Counted from the first letter of the stretch, positions 43,456 through 56,593 are shown. The stretch is 63,097 nt of DNA from Bigelowiella natans CCMP2755 (GCA_000320545.1 ADNK01000426.1:1-63097), one strand, 5' to 3'. The notes: generated from the letters alone by a model not told the origin. Numbers and translations: made by a program.

Positions 43456-43539
43456 CGAACTCGAATCGACACATCATATGAGACGGATGTAATCAACAAA
43501 TAAAAATTTTGATACATGTATTCATAGCTGTGCTATACA

Positions 43540-45400
43540 TGTGGAGACCGTGTCTAGATGATGAGCTGTAGCCGCTACTTTTGCATGGCTACATTAGGAT
43601 GACAATTGAGAAGATTCAATCATATCATTGCATCCATCTCATGTGTGACAGTGCTTGCTGCATGCCATCCAATCAACAGCACATGTGGACATCACATACA
43701 GCACGTGCGACGCTCTGTATGTGCATGCCATGATAAAATGTGCAAGCGCCGTAATCGAGGTGTGCGTGGCGGAATGAAAAAAAACAACAGTCGGTCACAC
43801 TCCATCAATAACGCAAAACACATTTTTGCTGCATAGCTTTTGTCATCCAATAACTGATCGATGAGGATGTCACAATGTCATTTCTAGATTTCATTGCAAG
43901 CATGCTTGTCACCCATTGCCAGTGCTTAGACGCGACATGCAACTTTGCTAGTTTGGCCTAAGAGGTGCACACAAGCACTTCACAGCAAGGACATGGCAAA
44001 TGATGGTGCAATGCCAAATTCAGTCGACACATCGTTGATGGAAACGATGGTGGGATGAGCGATCCAGCTGAAATGCATGTGTTCAGCACATTGCTGTGTA
44101 GTGATGGCCACGAGCGAGGCTCGTGCAACCTAGCAATGTGCAATTCCTTGTCACATCATTTCCTCATCAGCAACGTGCGCACCGCGCGCGCACTTTCCAG
44201 ATGACTAGATGAGAGCGTTGTTGCAGCTGCCATTTTGTCACTGCCATTTCAGTTTTGGTCAAAAATTAGCTTCATCATCTAGCTCTGCAACACGTGGTGC
44301 TGCCACCACTGTTGCAATTGGCGGTTGGGGCAATTCAAATTGCCATCAGTCAGCCGCGCAAGATCTAGGAATGTTCTGTAGGAACATTCCGATCGCATTC
44401 TCAGCGCATTCTTGACTGTTTCCATGCATGCGCGCAACAGTTGCAAAGCAACACAGAATTCATTTGGACAAGTGCCCACTCCGCGCTAGCAACTGCGCGC
44501 GATTGGCATTGTGCATCCTGCCACGGACTGCAATTGGCTTCCACCGGAAAGGGAACATTGACGGACACCAACATGGCCAAGGCCACAAGGATGGCGTTGA
44601 TCAAGGCGATCAACAACTGCATCGAAGATGACAAAGACGAAGAAACAAGAAGGACCATCGAGTTCCATTTGCTGTGGTGCCAGGACTCAACTGCATGAAT
44701 TGGTTCCCTGCTCTTGAAGCTGCATCTGAAAGCCACCACGGAGTGGAACCATCTGATCAACTCAACTTCTTCGTCGACTCTGAAGGACGCAAAGTGCGTG
44801 ATGAAGACATCACTTGGCATCTCATGCGATTCACCCCTCAGGACTAATGTCTTGCACGACTGGGGGAGGTGCAACACGTGGTGCTGCCACCACTGTTGCA
44901 ATTAGCGGTTGGGGCAATTCAAATTGCCATTAGTCAGCCGCGCAAGATCTAGGAATGTTCTGTAGGAACATTCCGATCGCATTCTTAGCGCATTCTTAAC
45001 TGTTTCCATGCATGCGCGCAAGCAGCTACAAAGCAACACAGAATTCATTTGGACAAGTGCCCACTCCGCGCTAGCAACTGCGCGCGATTGGCATTGTGCA
45101 TCCTGCCACGGACTACAGCTCGTCCATCGCCTATAGCTATGCTAGGAGGCCTCTTGCTCATTCAATGGGTTGGCATGCATGCACCGACGCTGCTCCAGCA
45201 GAAGTGCCGTGACGCCTGCAAGCGACCGTACGTGCGGCGAAAATGTGGCTGTCATCGCATGTGCGGCATCATTACAAGACCTACGCAAAGCCCATGCGCA
45301 TGTAGTTGTTTGGTGAAGAAATAGCTAGCTTTCGACGTGTAGATAGCGCGACGTAATGCATGCGGCACATTGCTTATTTACCCTACTACTACTACTTGGC
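43540..45400. other. TpA-depleted intergenic island containing the TRIM element
   Basis: Lies between convergent 3' ends. TA is rare except in CTAG, while TG, CA and CG are abundant. Confidence 0.8.
44286..45117 (+). mobile_element. non-autonomous miniature LTR retrotransposon (TRIM-like)
   Basis: Direct repeats 44286-44532 and 44870-45117 (about 247 bp, TG...CA). 4-bp TSD GCTC (44282-44285 and 45118-45121). PBS-like TGGCTTCCACCGG at 44535, PPT GGGGGAGG at 44862-44869. The 337-bp interior has no intact ORF. Confidence 0.92.
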
Positions 45401-45686
45401 AATTAATGCGCGTTCACTCTATCTGCTGCACACATGATTGATCAGAACGATTGGATGTGTATAAATTTTATCTATGTACGTGTGGAGAAATTTTATTCAA
45501 GGTTGTCACGATTGATCTAACCTCTCTACTCTGCATAATAATAATGAATACGACCGAAAATTAAAAAAGCAAACTATTAAGACACAACGGTTTTTCTTGT
45601 TGCTCCCATGATATATCGATGAGTATTTGGGTTGCAAAAGCATATATTGTAGGGTAACATCCAATAGAGCGCTTGGCAGATACAAT

Positions 45687-47504
45687 TTAGATTTTATCAG
45701 AAGGATGAGGTCTGCAGATTGGATCGTGATTTATACTAATCTTTATGCCATTCTCAACTGGTTTGTCATTTATTACCATCAAGAATCCCCCACCTGCTCC
45801 ACTGAACAAACAACCTTTAGTGTTTGGGCGGTCATACTTAGATACAAACTGTTTCAGCTGCATACTCTTTGCCTCATCTCCATGGTGTGGGTTCACGGTG
45901 TATGGTAACATTGTGCCCCAAGCTTTCATTGTATCACTCAGCGCCTTTCCGAGTTTATCCACGTCCATCTTCACAATGGAATCCCAAGCAAGCTCTGAAG
46001 CATCTGAAAGAGCTTTTACCATTCTCACTTTATCGAAATGTGACACCTTTGGGTCTTTGAGATAGTTGATTGTCTGGGAGGAATACCCCTTAGGCCGCGA
46101 CACGAATGGGATATCCACAATGTGAAGAACACTTTCCAACCATTTGAAGATTTCCTGTTGCTTGGCATCTTTTGTGTCATTCAGGTTTATAATCTTGAAT
46201 GGCCAATGTTTACCATCTTTGTAGCATAGCTTGTTAACGCCTGGAAAGAAAAGTCCACAGTGATCTTGTGATCCTGCAATGTAAGGCCGGTCTCTAGTTG
46301 CAAAGGCGTCAAAATTTTCCGCACCCCAGAGCAGTCTAGCTGCCTTTTCTGGTTCCAAATGCACCGGAATTCGACCATTCCAGAGTTTAATAGCAACCTT
46401 TCTCGAAGAAGTTGCTAGTCCACAATAATCTCTGCAGATCTTCGGATTGTATTTTATATTAATAGTAACTGCACAGCCAGGGTGTAGAGCATTGCACCAG
46501 GCAAGGTCCATCCAACCCCCCGCGAAGCAAAAACGCCAAGGGTAGACTTTGTTGAATGCTGAAACAGGTAGTTCTTGCTTTTTTACTTCACTTTCTCGGT
46601 TCTCCCCCTCCTCGAGGAGCATTTCCTTCATCCTAGCTTTCATTGAGGTTGAAGACCGAACCGCCAAACCCTCATTCGGTTTCCTTGGAGCAATGATCAT
46701 TTTGATTCCAAGCTCCTTACAGATTTTAACCCGGCCATCCATCTTGGAACCATCTTCATTAACAAAATAAAAATCTGGCTTTATCTCTTTCATATCGGTC
46801 TCAAAGTCATACACACCAGACCCCTTACTCACGCCGGCATCAAACACCCCTTTGATATTCTTCACCATGAAAAGCCGCTCCTCCTCTGAGTACATGGGTT
46901 TATGATGCTTTAGAGCCTCAATGTTCTTATCCGAACCAATTCGTACGTATAAAAGGCCATGTTGAGATGCTTCATGGAAAAACTGAACATGTCCGGAGTG
47001 GAGAAGGTCAAAGCACCCAGACACCAGAACCTTCTTCCCCGCTGAAGCAACTTTACTCTTCTCTTCACTTGCGATCATCTCCCTCAATCTAGACTTCATC
47101 GAAGTTGAGGATCGGGTTTCTAAACCTTCACTGGGCTTGCGTGGAGCTATCTTCATCTCGATTCCCAGGTCTTTACAAATCTTGATGCGTCCTTCCATCT
47201 TGGATGCGTCTTCGTTTACGAAGTATATATCTGGCTTAATCTCCTTCATATCTGTCTCAAAATCGTAGACACCAGAACCCTTTGATACTGCTGCATCATA
47301 CACCCACTTTATGTTCTTGACCATGAAAAGTCTCTCTGACTCCGAGTACATGGGTTTGTGGTGTTTAAGAGCCTGGATGTTTGCATCAGCCCCAATCCGT
47401 ACATACAACTTACCGTGCTTGGCTGCATCACGGAAGAATTCAACATGCCCTGAATGCAGAAGATCAAAGCATCCGGAGACTAAAACCTTTTTCTCGGTGC
47501 TCAT
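45687..47504 (-). CDS. intronless 605-aa fusion: two tandem HIGH-type cytidylyl/adenylyltransferase domains + GHMP-kinase-like domain
   Basis: KKVLVSGCFDLLHSGHV occurs twice (HxGH motif) and each domain ends RSSTSMK (RTxGISTT-like). The C-terminal part has PWRFCFAGGWMD (GHMP motif 1), CGLATSS, GSQD and FSGAGGG (motif 3). It resembles a bacterial NTase-GHMP fusion family recalled from Bacteroidota. Confidence 0.88.
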   Translation of the reverse strand: MSTEKKVLVSGCFDLLHSGHVEFFRDAAKHGKLYVRIGADANIQALKHHKPMYSESERLFMVKNIKWVYDAAVSKGSGVYDFETDMKEIKPDIYFVNEDASKMEGRIKICKDLGIEMKIAPRKPSEGLETRSSTSMKSRLREMIASEEKSKVASAGKKVLVSGCFDLLHSGHVQFFHEASQHGLLYVRIGSDKNIEALKHHKPMYSEEERLFMVKNIKGVFDAGVSKGSGVYDFETDMKEIKPDFYFVNEDGSKMDGRVKICKELGIKMIIAPRKPNEGLAVRSSTSMKARMKEMLLEEGENRESEVKKQELPVSAFNKVYPWRFCFAGGWMDLAWCNALHPGCAVTINIKYNPKICRDYCGLATSSRKVAIKLWNGRIPVHLEPEKAARLLWGAENFDAFATRDRPYIAGSQDHCGLFFPGVNKLCYKDGKHWPFKIINLNDTKDAKQQEIFKWLESVLHIVDIPFVSRPKGYSSQTINYLKDPKVSHFDKVRMVKALSDASELAWDSIVKMDVDKLGKALSDTMKAWGTMLPYTVNPHHGDEAKSMQLKQFVSKYDRPNTKGCLFSGAGGGFLMVINDKPVENGIKISINHDPICRPHPSDKI

Positions 47505-48045
47505 TTTGGAAAACGTAGCGCTGAGTGGGGGGGGTGTGGAACGCGATATGGGATTTTTCGTATCAGACTTGAATTTGGAGTAGCTATAAGTTCTAATGTT
47601 TTATATTTAACGTAAAATTACCTTACATTCTTTAAAATTTAGGCTATATCCCCGACTTCTTGGGATAAAATATTCTAAGGATGAGATAAGGTAGGTCTTA
47701 AATATTCTATGTTATTCGAAGAGTATCTCCGAACATTTAAGTATTATCTTCGTATCTTCCAGATACGATAATATCACACCTTTTAACAACATTTCCGAAA
47801 ATAAAGCTTGTCGTTACACAGCTTCATCATGGTAATCGTGATCTTCTTTGCGTCTTCCAATCACATGATGTATATTGTAGGGCGTTCGGAAGGTGCGACT
47901 TGGTATATGTACCCAAGAACATGGTGAAACAGAAAGGCAGCACAATCTCATACACCTGATAAGAACTGAGAACGGCTAGTGCGAGAGGAGGAGGTGGTTT
48001 CTTATCCGAGCACTCGGTGACGATGAGCACTTCGAAGTTTTGAAA

Positions 48046-51000
48046 ATGACGAATGATTTACCATGGGCTCATCGTGACACGAATCATTCTTTCTTATTGA
48101 ACTTCTGAACTTAATAATAGATTATAATGTTATAATATTAATAATAACACCGCAAAGGTTTCTTGGGAAAATGAAGCATGTTGACGAATCCAAAACAAGA
48201 TGTGCCTTCTTTCAGGAAAAGGTGAATGATCATCCTTTTTAGCGAGTTTTCTCAGTTTATCTTTTCGGAACTGATGAATTAGGTTGTAGATGAATTGCTC
48301 GCTACTGAAGCATCATACTTGGAACAGCTAGATGGTGGCTAATAAGTTCATTAGTTCCACCGAAAAAAAATAAAATTGTGTGAAAATATGACATCATGTA
48401 AATTTAAGGTCTCCTCCATAATCTGATCCCTTCCTTACTTGAAGCTGCTAAAAATGTGCGTTCAAAATCCAAAATGCTTCAGACGAGCAGACGAGGGTGC
48501 TTCAGAATTTTAGTAATTATGTATTATATAATTGCATTCCAGGGCAACGATCAAATATCAATGGAGATCCTGCTCCAAGCCAAAAACACCCTTGGACCGA
48601 TCTATGGCTTGAATTCACGCCTACTCGGCAATCTTCAGCGCAAAGTTTGACTCCCGTCAATTCAAACAACCTTTATTTGTAATTGGATTGTACTGCTTGT
48701 CATACTTAGCTGAAGGAACCACCAATACTATCACTCGTCCACTTGAGAAAACTAGAGACCCTACTCGGGAAAATGAGGGGGAAATCGGAAGGCATAGATG
48801 AGGGAAATCAATGCACAGAGCTTTTGAACTCAATCCTCTCAGACCGAAATCTTGCCATATCACTTGGAATCCAGGATTTGGATTTTAAGCTGCTGCATCG
48901 GTTGTAATGCCCGCATGTTCATTGTGCAGGATTAATTTTACTGCTAATTGTAGGGATGTTGTTTCCAAGATGAAAGGGGAAGAAGTGGGGGAACTTTTAG
49001 GAGCTATTGCTGAAGTTAAGGTTGCCAAATATTCTATGAAATGTTGTCTCTCTTTACTGAATAATTGTCTGAAAGAGTCGGTGCGCAAAGGGGAACAATG
49101 ACAAAGTATTCCATATAACTCCGTTACTCTGAAAAATTTCCCTCCCTCTTTTTATCACTGAAAATGAAATTCATTATGAAGGAGACTATCCATGAATTTT
49201 ACACGCGCCCATTTGGGTTTGTTATTGTGGACGAGCCGAACGGAAAAGGTATGATTAGAATGTAAAATTGGACATTCATAAGAATATATAAAACACACTT
49301 ACATTAGGCCATCTTGTGGTTGGGGTTACGAATGAAAAATTGAAGCAAAAACTGAAGCCGAAATCGAGGGTCATGAATGGCTGATTTTAAACATGCCAAG
49401 TGTAGAACAAATTGAAATAGGGACCACATAATATTGAATGAGACTGAATTCTTCCCTTATCAAGATTTGATATTCAGATATTTTCTGTGGGGAGTACAAT
49501 CATTCACAGTCAAATGGGAGCTACTGAAATCAACAATATTCTAACTTCTTCAAAGGTTGTGTCCTAAGATTTTGACGATCTCTCTTATCGATTTGTTAAT
49601 TGTCAACGTCACAAGACCATCATATTTACTCATTCATCTAAGACAGAAGTAATACAATTATATTATTCGTAGCTTCCACTGAGAATAAAGTTTTCAAGGC
49701 GAAAAGACTTTAAGGTAAATCACTTTTTGCTCGAGTCGTCCAGGTTAAATAAGATGTGACTGTGCTTGAATTAAAGGGATGTTTGATCATTGTGATCGAC
49801 GAGGGAGGAAACGAATTGCGGAAAGTAAGCCTCGCAAAAGGGATTCCAAAGGTATGATTTCTAGCAGTCTTTCACATCACACTATTGATGTTTCTTCTCA
49901 TACACAAGGATCTTCATACTAAGCAGCTGATAATGAAGTACGTTTCAGACCAGCTAGAAATGCCGATTGGTAAGATGGAAGACATACTTCTGACCGTTCA
50001 ATGAGGATATTATCTTTCTTTGTATCAGAAAGCCTGCAGTTTCCAGGAAGACTTTCTTCTGCAGTACAGAAACTTATTATTGTCAAGGTGGACGTAAGCT
50101 TGAAGATCGATGATCATGATACTGACTTTAAATTCTGTAGATATCAGATCATAGGCGCCACTTTAGTGGTGAAGTTGCAGGTCGGAGAGAATCTTTCTCA
50201 CGGATGAAAGCTACTCACAAATCGAAGCGGCGGTCTCTCATGGCTATTGAGAGTGTTAGACCATGTTCTCAAAAAGTAGATAAACGTGAAGACGGTTGGG
50301 GAAAGGTAATGGAATTAATAATTGCAATCAATATGGCTTAATTGAATTATATAGCAGCGCGTTCGTGCTATTTATCTTGTTGGTCACATTTTCAAAGAAA
50401 TTTGCCCTTATTTCCGCATCTACACTCCATATGTCACCTTCTATCAGCGGTAAGCATAAGATTCTCATATTTAATTATAATTCAGCTTTCAAACCTTTTG
50501 GGATGATGAATATGAACTTATATATAAGGTAACGTAAGTTTGAATGTGTAGGTTCCTTGATTTCTTTAACAGAGTCGCAACGAAAGCGACGAGTTGGAGC
50601 TTGTTCAAAGTACATCTTCCACAAGCAAAAATTGCACAATGAAAATTTCCCCATTTATTCCCAGGCTCTCGAAAATCTCGATCTTCCAATGCCATACCAG
50701 CAACTTATCATTACACCTATCCAGAGGGTATGCGCAAAAAGCTAATTTTCGTGAGAATCGCTTTTATTCTGGTGGCCATTTCCTCGATGCAGGTACCTCG
50801 ATACAAGCTACTTCTTCAGGAGCTCTTTCGATATACGGGTATGAAATATGTCTGCGCAAGTTTTTAACAATAATGATGCGTATTATTATTATTAGAGTCT
50901 TGGCATCCTGATTTCGAGGCTTTAAGGGAATCAGTTGACATGATCCATAGAATTGCTGCAGAGATTGATCGTAATGTGTTGGAGCAACAGGTATATTAGT

Positions 51001-53738
51001 TTCTTCTAAGAAACTTAGGCTGAATAACCATAATTTCTTGGCAAACAGGCGCGGTCTCGTCTGGTTTGTATTATGGAGAAGTTCGAAGGAGAGGTAAACT
51101 TTCTCTCTTAACGACCATTTGTAATTTCTATTGCTCATTTCTCAGGTTCAACTTATCACACCATCCCGAAGATTCATACGCTCCGGTAAAATCTATATCC
51201 ACTGAGTATAGTATTCGACCTTCAACACTATTTCTCCATTAGGCCCCGTCACTGTGGCTTCCTCACGTTTCAAAACAAATCAAAGTTGAATAATTTGATT
51301 TCCGAAACCACTAAATAACACCTATGCAATGACCTTTGAATTCTGTGAATCTTTCTACAGGTGTGGGTAATCCAGAATGCTACACTGCAGCTACAACTCT
51401 CGAAACAGTTGAAAGAGGTGCTTTGGGGACCTGCAATTTGTCAATATAAAGCGCACGAATTATATGATATATGTACAGATAGTAGGGCCGGTAGTGGACC
51501 AGTATCCCCAAACAGCGCAATGTCATCTACACCTCGACGGAATTTGGACTCCCCCGCTGATCTAGAAGAGGAAGCAAGCAATGCGAACAAGAAAAATACT
51601 ACTGATTTTGTTGTAGAGAAGGCAATATCTCCGATAAAAAATTGGAAGGGACCAGCTAGACTATCCATCACAGTGACACCAGATAATGGAAGCTCAAAAC
51701 CAACTACCGGGAACGCTCACCATAATTTAGGCTGCTTGTCTTCGCGTCGGGCAAAATCTCCGCGAACAATCTTTTGTAAGATATTTGCATTTGATGCGAT
51801 TTTTCCGTGAAGATTGATGCGTATTCAGCCCCATCACCTCGGAATCGTAACGATATGAAGATACGCCCCATGTCGCATCAAATTTATGACGATTTAAAAA
51901 ATGAAGGAGATAATATGCATCTATTTCTCTTCAATGATTTACTGATCCAGGTAACCCTAATTGACTATCAAATAACTGTGTGAAGTTCGATTTATTGAAT
52001 CCACCCCTATCGTATGCTAGGCTCGTAAGATGAACTCGGGCGAGAAGTACCTCCTATTAAGATGGATTCCTATAGATAATATTCAAGGTAAATCAGTTAA
52101 AATTGTATGAAAGTATGAAAGAGGACATACCAAACATCTTTCAGAGGTGATTCACCCTGGGCTTATTGCGGAATCTCGATGGCAACGCAGAAAATACTTT
52201 GAGTCTCTTTGGTTAGTAACGTTTCTACTTTTATATTCAAAAAGAAAACGATACCTATTTGTGTATAGCGGTTTCGGGTTCAACGAAGATAGTATTTACG
52301 ATGCTGAGGATCAAGAGTGGAGAAAGGCTTTACAGAAAGATACCCCAACTAAGAGAAGGAAGAATGTACTTTCTACAGAAATGAACCTAGAATTAAAGTC
52401 GGTGGGACCAGTTTTGGTGGAAAATAACTCCTTGTGTGAAGGACCAAACATGACAGGATATACACATTACTTTCCAAGGTAACGATAGATTGATACTATA
52501 GTCTATCATGCCTTAAATTTCGTATCTACAGGAGGAGAAAAAACATTCGGATACATTCATCAGCTGATCTTTCAAACACTTCTAAACTTTGCCTGGGAGA
52601 GAATTTTTCTGAGGTGTTTTAAGTATTCAATTCACACGCTTTTATTGTCATACTTACATAGTTTTATGGTAGTTCAAATTGCAAAGATGCTTGAGTTGCC
52701 CATCGGTACAATGATATTTGTTGTGAGCATAGTTCTCATAATTAAGAAGTAATTATGTGCTAAATTTAAAAATCGTTTGTGTGATACAGTTTTTGTGTCG
52801 AAAGGGGAAAGACGATAATGGTAATTATCAAAACACATGGATGCCGAAATTTGTACTGAACAAAGACGGACGAAAATTTTAATATTTCTAGGATCTAAGC
52901 TGCGACTTAAAGCGACTGAAGCGACACATTTCTTGGTGGTGCTCGACGATAATAAATTTTTTTTCATAGGAACAAGGTTGAAATTCGTTGAATTAGCCAG
53001 TAATATTCGGTGACATTGAAATTAACATCAGTGACATTAAAGAGAAAGCACAGTGGATGGCAGCTCTGATAAGTTGCATCGATGAGCGACGTATAGCTAA
53101 TAACGACAGAAATTGTATTTTGTTGCTTATTTTGCTTTTCTTTTTCAAAGGTAAAACAATACAAGGTCAAAAACAAAGACTTCGGAAGAGAGCATTGCAG
53201 CGAAATATGTCATCAGAAAACGCAGGTAGCGGCATGTTATTTATTGAAACTATTTTTAATGTTGTGTGATACTCTCTCCTTATCAATATTAAAATTTAAT
53301 TGATCAATCAAATATGAGGTTGTAGTATGAATACGCCCACAGGTGAGAACGACGATTCCCTGATCTATAGGATGTGGCAAGCAGATGGAGCCACAAATAA
53401 CTGTACGATAGCGAGAGATTCATGATGCTATGAAGTCATGAGTTATGGTTTTGATATAGGCAATCTCTGCTACCGTGCCTTCACATTCTTCTGGCGACGG
53501 CATCATTGTAGACATTGCGGACTTCTGGTTTGTGATATGTGCTCTCTACACAGACGACTTTTGCCCGGGTGATCTTAGATTTTTCACATGTACACATACA
53601 TGGCTTCAAAATCGAAGCGATAAGTATTGATTCATTTCCTTTGGCTAGCACTGACACTTTCGGCTTGGTGAGTGAGAATGGAAACATTTCAGCAATGAGA
53701 AGGTCTGTGGCATCAGGGTGACCAACCCTACTGTGACG

Positions 53739-53770
<32 letters not shown>

Positions 53771-53957
53771 TCTCTTACATCTAACTCATACCATGTACTC
53801 GCTTTTTGGTTGCATCTGAACGTCGGTTGTGATGTTTTGTTTTTGTTAAGATAGTGATTCGCGTTGTTAGCATTGATCGTGATATAATGTCGCAATTACT
53901 TTTAGGGTCTGCAACAGTTGTGTTAAGATAGTAGACAAAAGATACTTCAAACAATAA
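48046..53957 (+). CDS. FGD-like Rho GEF (DH-PH-FYVE) with PDZ-like insertion
   Basis: DH: VVDELLATEASYLEQL ... VGHIFKEICPYFRIYTPYV ... LIITPIQRV|PRYKLLLQEL. PH: LITPSRRFIRSG ... HLFLFNDLLIQ. FYVE: WQADGATNNC|NLCYRAFTFFWRRHHCRHCGLLVCDMCS ... RVCNSC. Stop TAA at 53957; the start is uncertain. Confidence 0.85.
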
Positions 53958-54095
53958 ATTACTAAGCAAACGCCAATGTTGAGGACAGAATGACCACGAC
54001 AAATTGACCACATTCACTGGATCGATTAATTATATGCTGCACTAGCTGCATCGCGTCCACCTGCATTTTCAAATTTTCATGATAGACATGCAATA

Positions 54096-54161
<66 letters not shown>

Positions 54162-54199
54162 TATATATGCCATATTGCTGTGTCTATTATTTTCAAAGC

Positions 54200-54672
54200 A
54201 ATAGACGTCGTTTTGTAGGCTAAGCCATCACGTTAACAAATGAGCATGTTTTAATGCAATGCACTATTTATCATGACAGACATGCGATGCGTGTCACACA
54301 CACGTACTGTCATGTGCACATGCGCGAACACACAATTGTCAGCGATCATGCTAGCATGTGTCGTCAGTGGTCACAGCTACGCCACCTTCCTAGCTAGCTT
54401 CGCTAATTCGTATGCTCTAGCTAGCTAGTGCTTATCTGCCTTGTACGTGCTACGACAGGTTGCTAGCTAGCTAGCCTGCATGGCAGATCTGAGATGGCTA
54501 GATGGCATGATCTAGTGATGGAGGGATGTTTCACGACATGATTCAGATCGCGCTATTACGAATGGTGATCGACTTTCACAACTAATAGTTAGAATGGAGC
54601 CTATGACATATGCGTTGCAATAGACATGCGTATCTAGGTGCAAATGTGAGTAACAAAGACCACACACACCTA

Positions 54673-54707
<35 letters not shown>

Positions 54708-54725
54708 GCACAAATGTACATGTCT

Positions 54726-54730
<5 letters not shown>
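54200..54730. other. CTAG/CATG-rich intergenic island flanked by (TA)n tracts
   Basis: Runs such as GCTAGCTAGCTAGCC between convergent genes. Confidence 0.6.
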
Positions 54731-54768
<38 letters not shown>

Positions 54769-54841
54769 AACATGTACTCATAAATATTTATATTAAGATA
54801 CGTGTATAACACAAGTACTATATATACATATGTGTATATGT

Positions 54842-54897
<56 letters not shown>

Positions 54898-55047
54898 ATA
54901 CTTTCAGCCCAGCAGTATCTAGAGTATGTGAATTGCTTCAAGATAGAGATGACATACAGTGTGTTATTTGGCACCTAGCATGTACATCCCTCTATTACAC
55001 TAATGAGTATATACGTACTCAGATATAGCTTAGGATCGCCATGTTAA

Positions 55048-56443
55048 TTACGATTTTGTCACGGGCATCATGCTTATAGCATATATCATGCTTATTTCCC
55101 CTGAGTATGAATTTATCACGTTTGCTCTGGTATGGATTAAATTCATCGTACTATGATTAAATCTTTGTGCCACTTTTAAGAGATTGGTATGCATATATGC
55201 AGCGCATATAGCATTGAAATCTCCGCTTTCCACAATCGTTCTTTCAGTCTGGTTGGCTGATGAGCTTCAACAGTGCTATCTGCTTTCAGACTCTGGATTT
55301 TTCCTTAAATTGAGCATTTGAGTCATTAGAAACATTTCAGAAGGTTTGGAGAAATCTTACTTTCCAAATTTCTTCGAGTATTTTTCTTGGTTCTCCATAA
55401 TGTCATAGATCTGAAGTTATTTGGTGTTAGGACTAGATCAAAGAAGAGTTTCATTTAAGTTACTTTCCGTCGCCTATTTCTGAAGTTAATCCTGCACGTT
55501 GCCCTACAATTACAGATTGGTTAAACACATTCTTCATACCGTCCGCAGGAAGAAAAATAAAGTGTGTCAGTTATTTATTGACCAGGAGATTGCTGAGACG
55601 AGCATGGCGGTCTTCATACCCGTGAACATAGCTGTTGCTGGAACCCCTTTTAAAAGAAAAACTAGATCATTGAAGTTGGACGATGAGGGATTATCGGATT
55701 AGTTCTCACTGTGTCTGTAAAAGGAGTGGAGTCCGAGAGCGATGCCTGTTCCTGTAGCATTAAGTAGGGTCTGCCGCATGCATGGAATCCTCCTCACATC
55801 GTACAGAAATCCATACGGCTGGAAAGCTATAACAGATAGACTTAAATGGATTATCATTTCAACTTAAAATGTAAGTTTTGCAACCTTTTTTTTCCCCCCC
55901 CTTCTTGTTGGAATCGGGTACTGACATTGCTGAGACAACCCGAAAGGTGGTTACGACACGACGAGCGCTCTTAACCGCCTCCTCCTCCTCCCGAACTAGG
56001 ACTTATAGCAGACACTCGTAGGTGGCCCAAACACTTTGTAGTCTAGCTCCCCTTCTCTATGTCAACTAATACGTTTTGGATTCTTCTTATCTTTGGTAAG
56101 GACAACTTTATGTGATTCGCAATCGGCTGCCTTTGTGTGGCTGGGGGGAGAGGGCAAGAATGCGGCTACGGAGGCAATTTATCCATGTCGTAGATGAGGA
56201 ACACAGCCTCTTTTAAAATACATAATAATGAGTGTGGTGATAGTAGTAATTTTACGCCTGTAATCTAGTCCAACATGAACAAATGGTAGCAACAACTATT
56301 ACAATAAAAATTACGAATTTTAGTCATCAATATTTATCACAACGTTATGGAATATTCCCGCACAAACCTTCTACCAAAAACGGATTCATGAAACACTGAA
56401 TCTTCGAATTTAAAGCAATCCATTTTACAGCAGCGTCTTGCAT
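55048..56443 (-). CDS. probable short-intron gene of unknown function
   Basis: Exon-like segments such as PIANHIKLSLPKIRRIQN, VREEEEAVKSARRVVTTFRV, IYDIMENQEKYSKKFG and RLKERLWKAEISMLYALHIC. Boundaries are uncertain. Confidence 0.4.
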
Positions 56444-56593
56444 ATATTGCTGAAAGATAACATAAACGTGGCGGTTGGCTAGGCGTTTCGGCAGTTTCAC
56501 CCCCCACCCACCCTGAGCCAACAGAAGTCCGTTGACAGAAAAAAGAAGACGCCTCTAAGTTGCGAAAGCATCTGAATAGCTGTCTGATCCATC

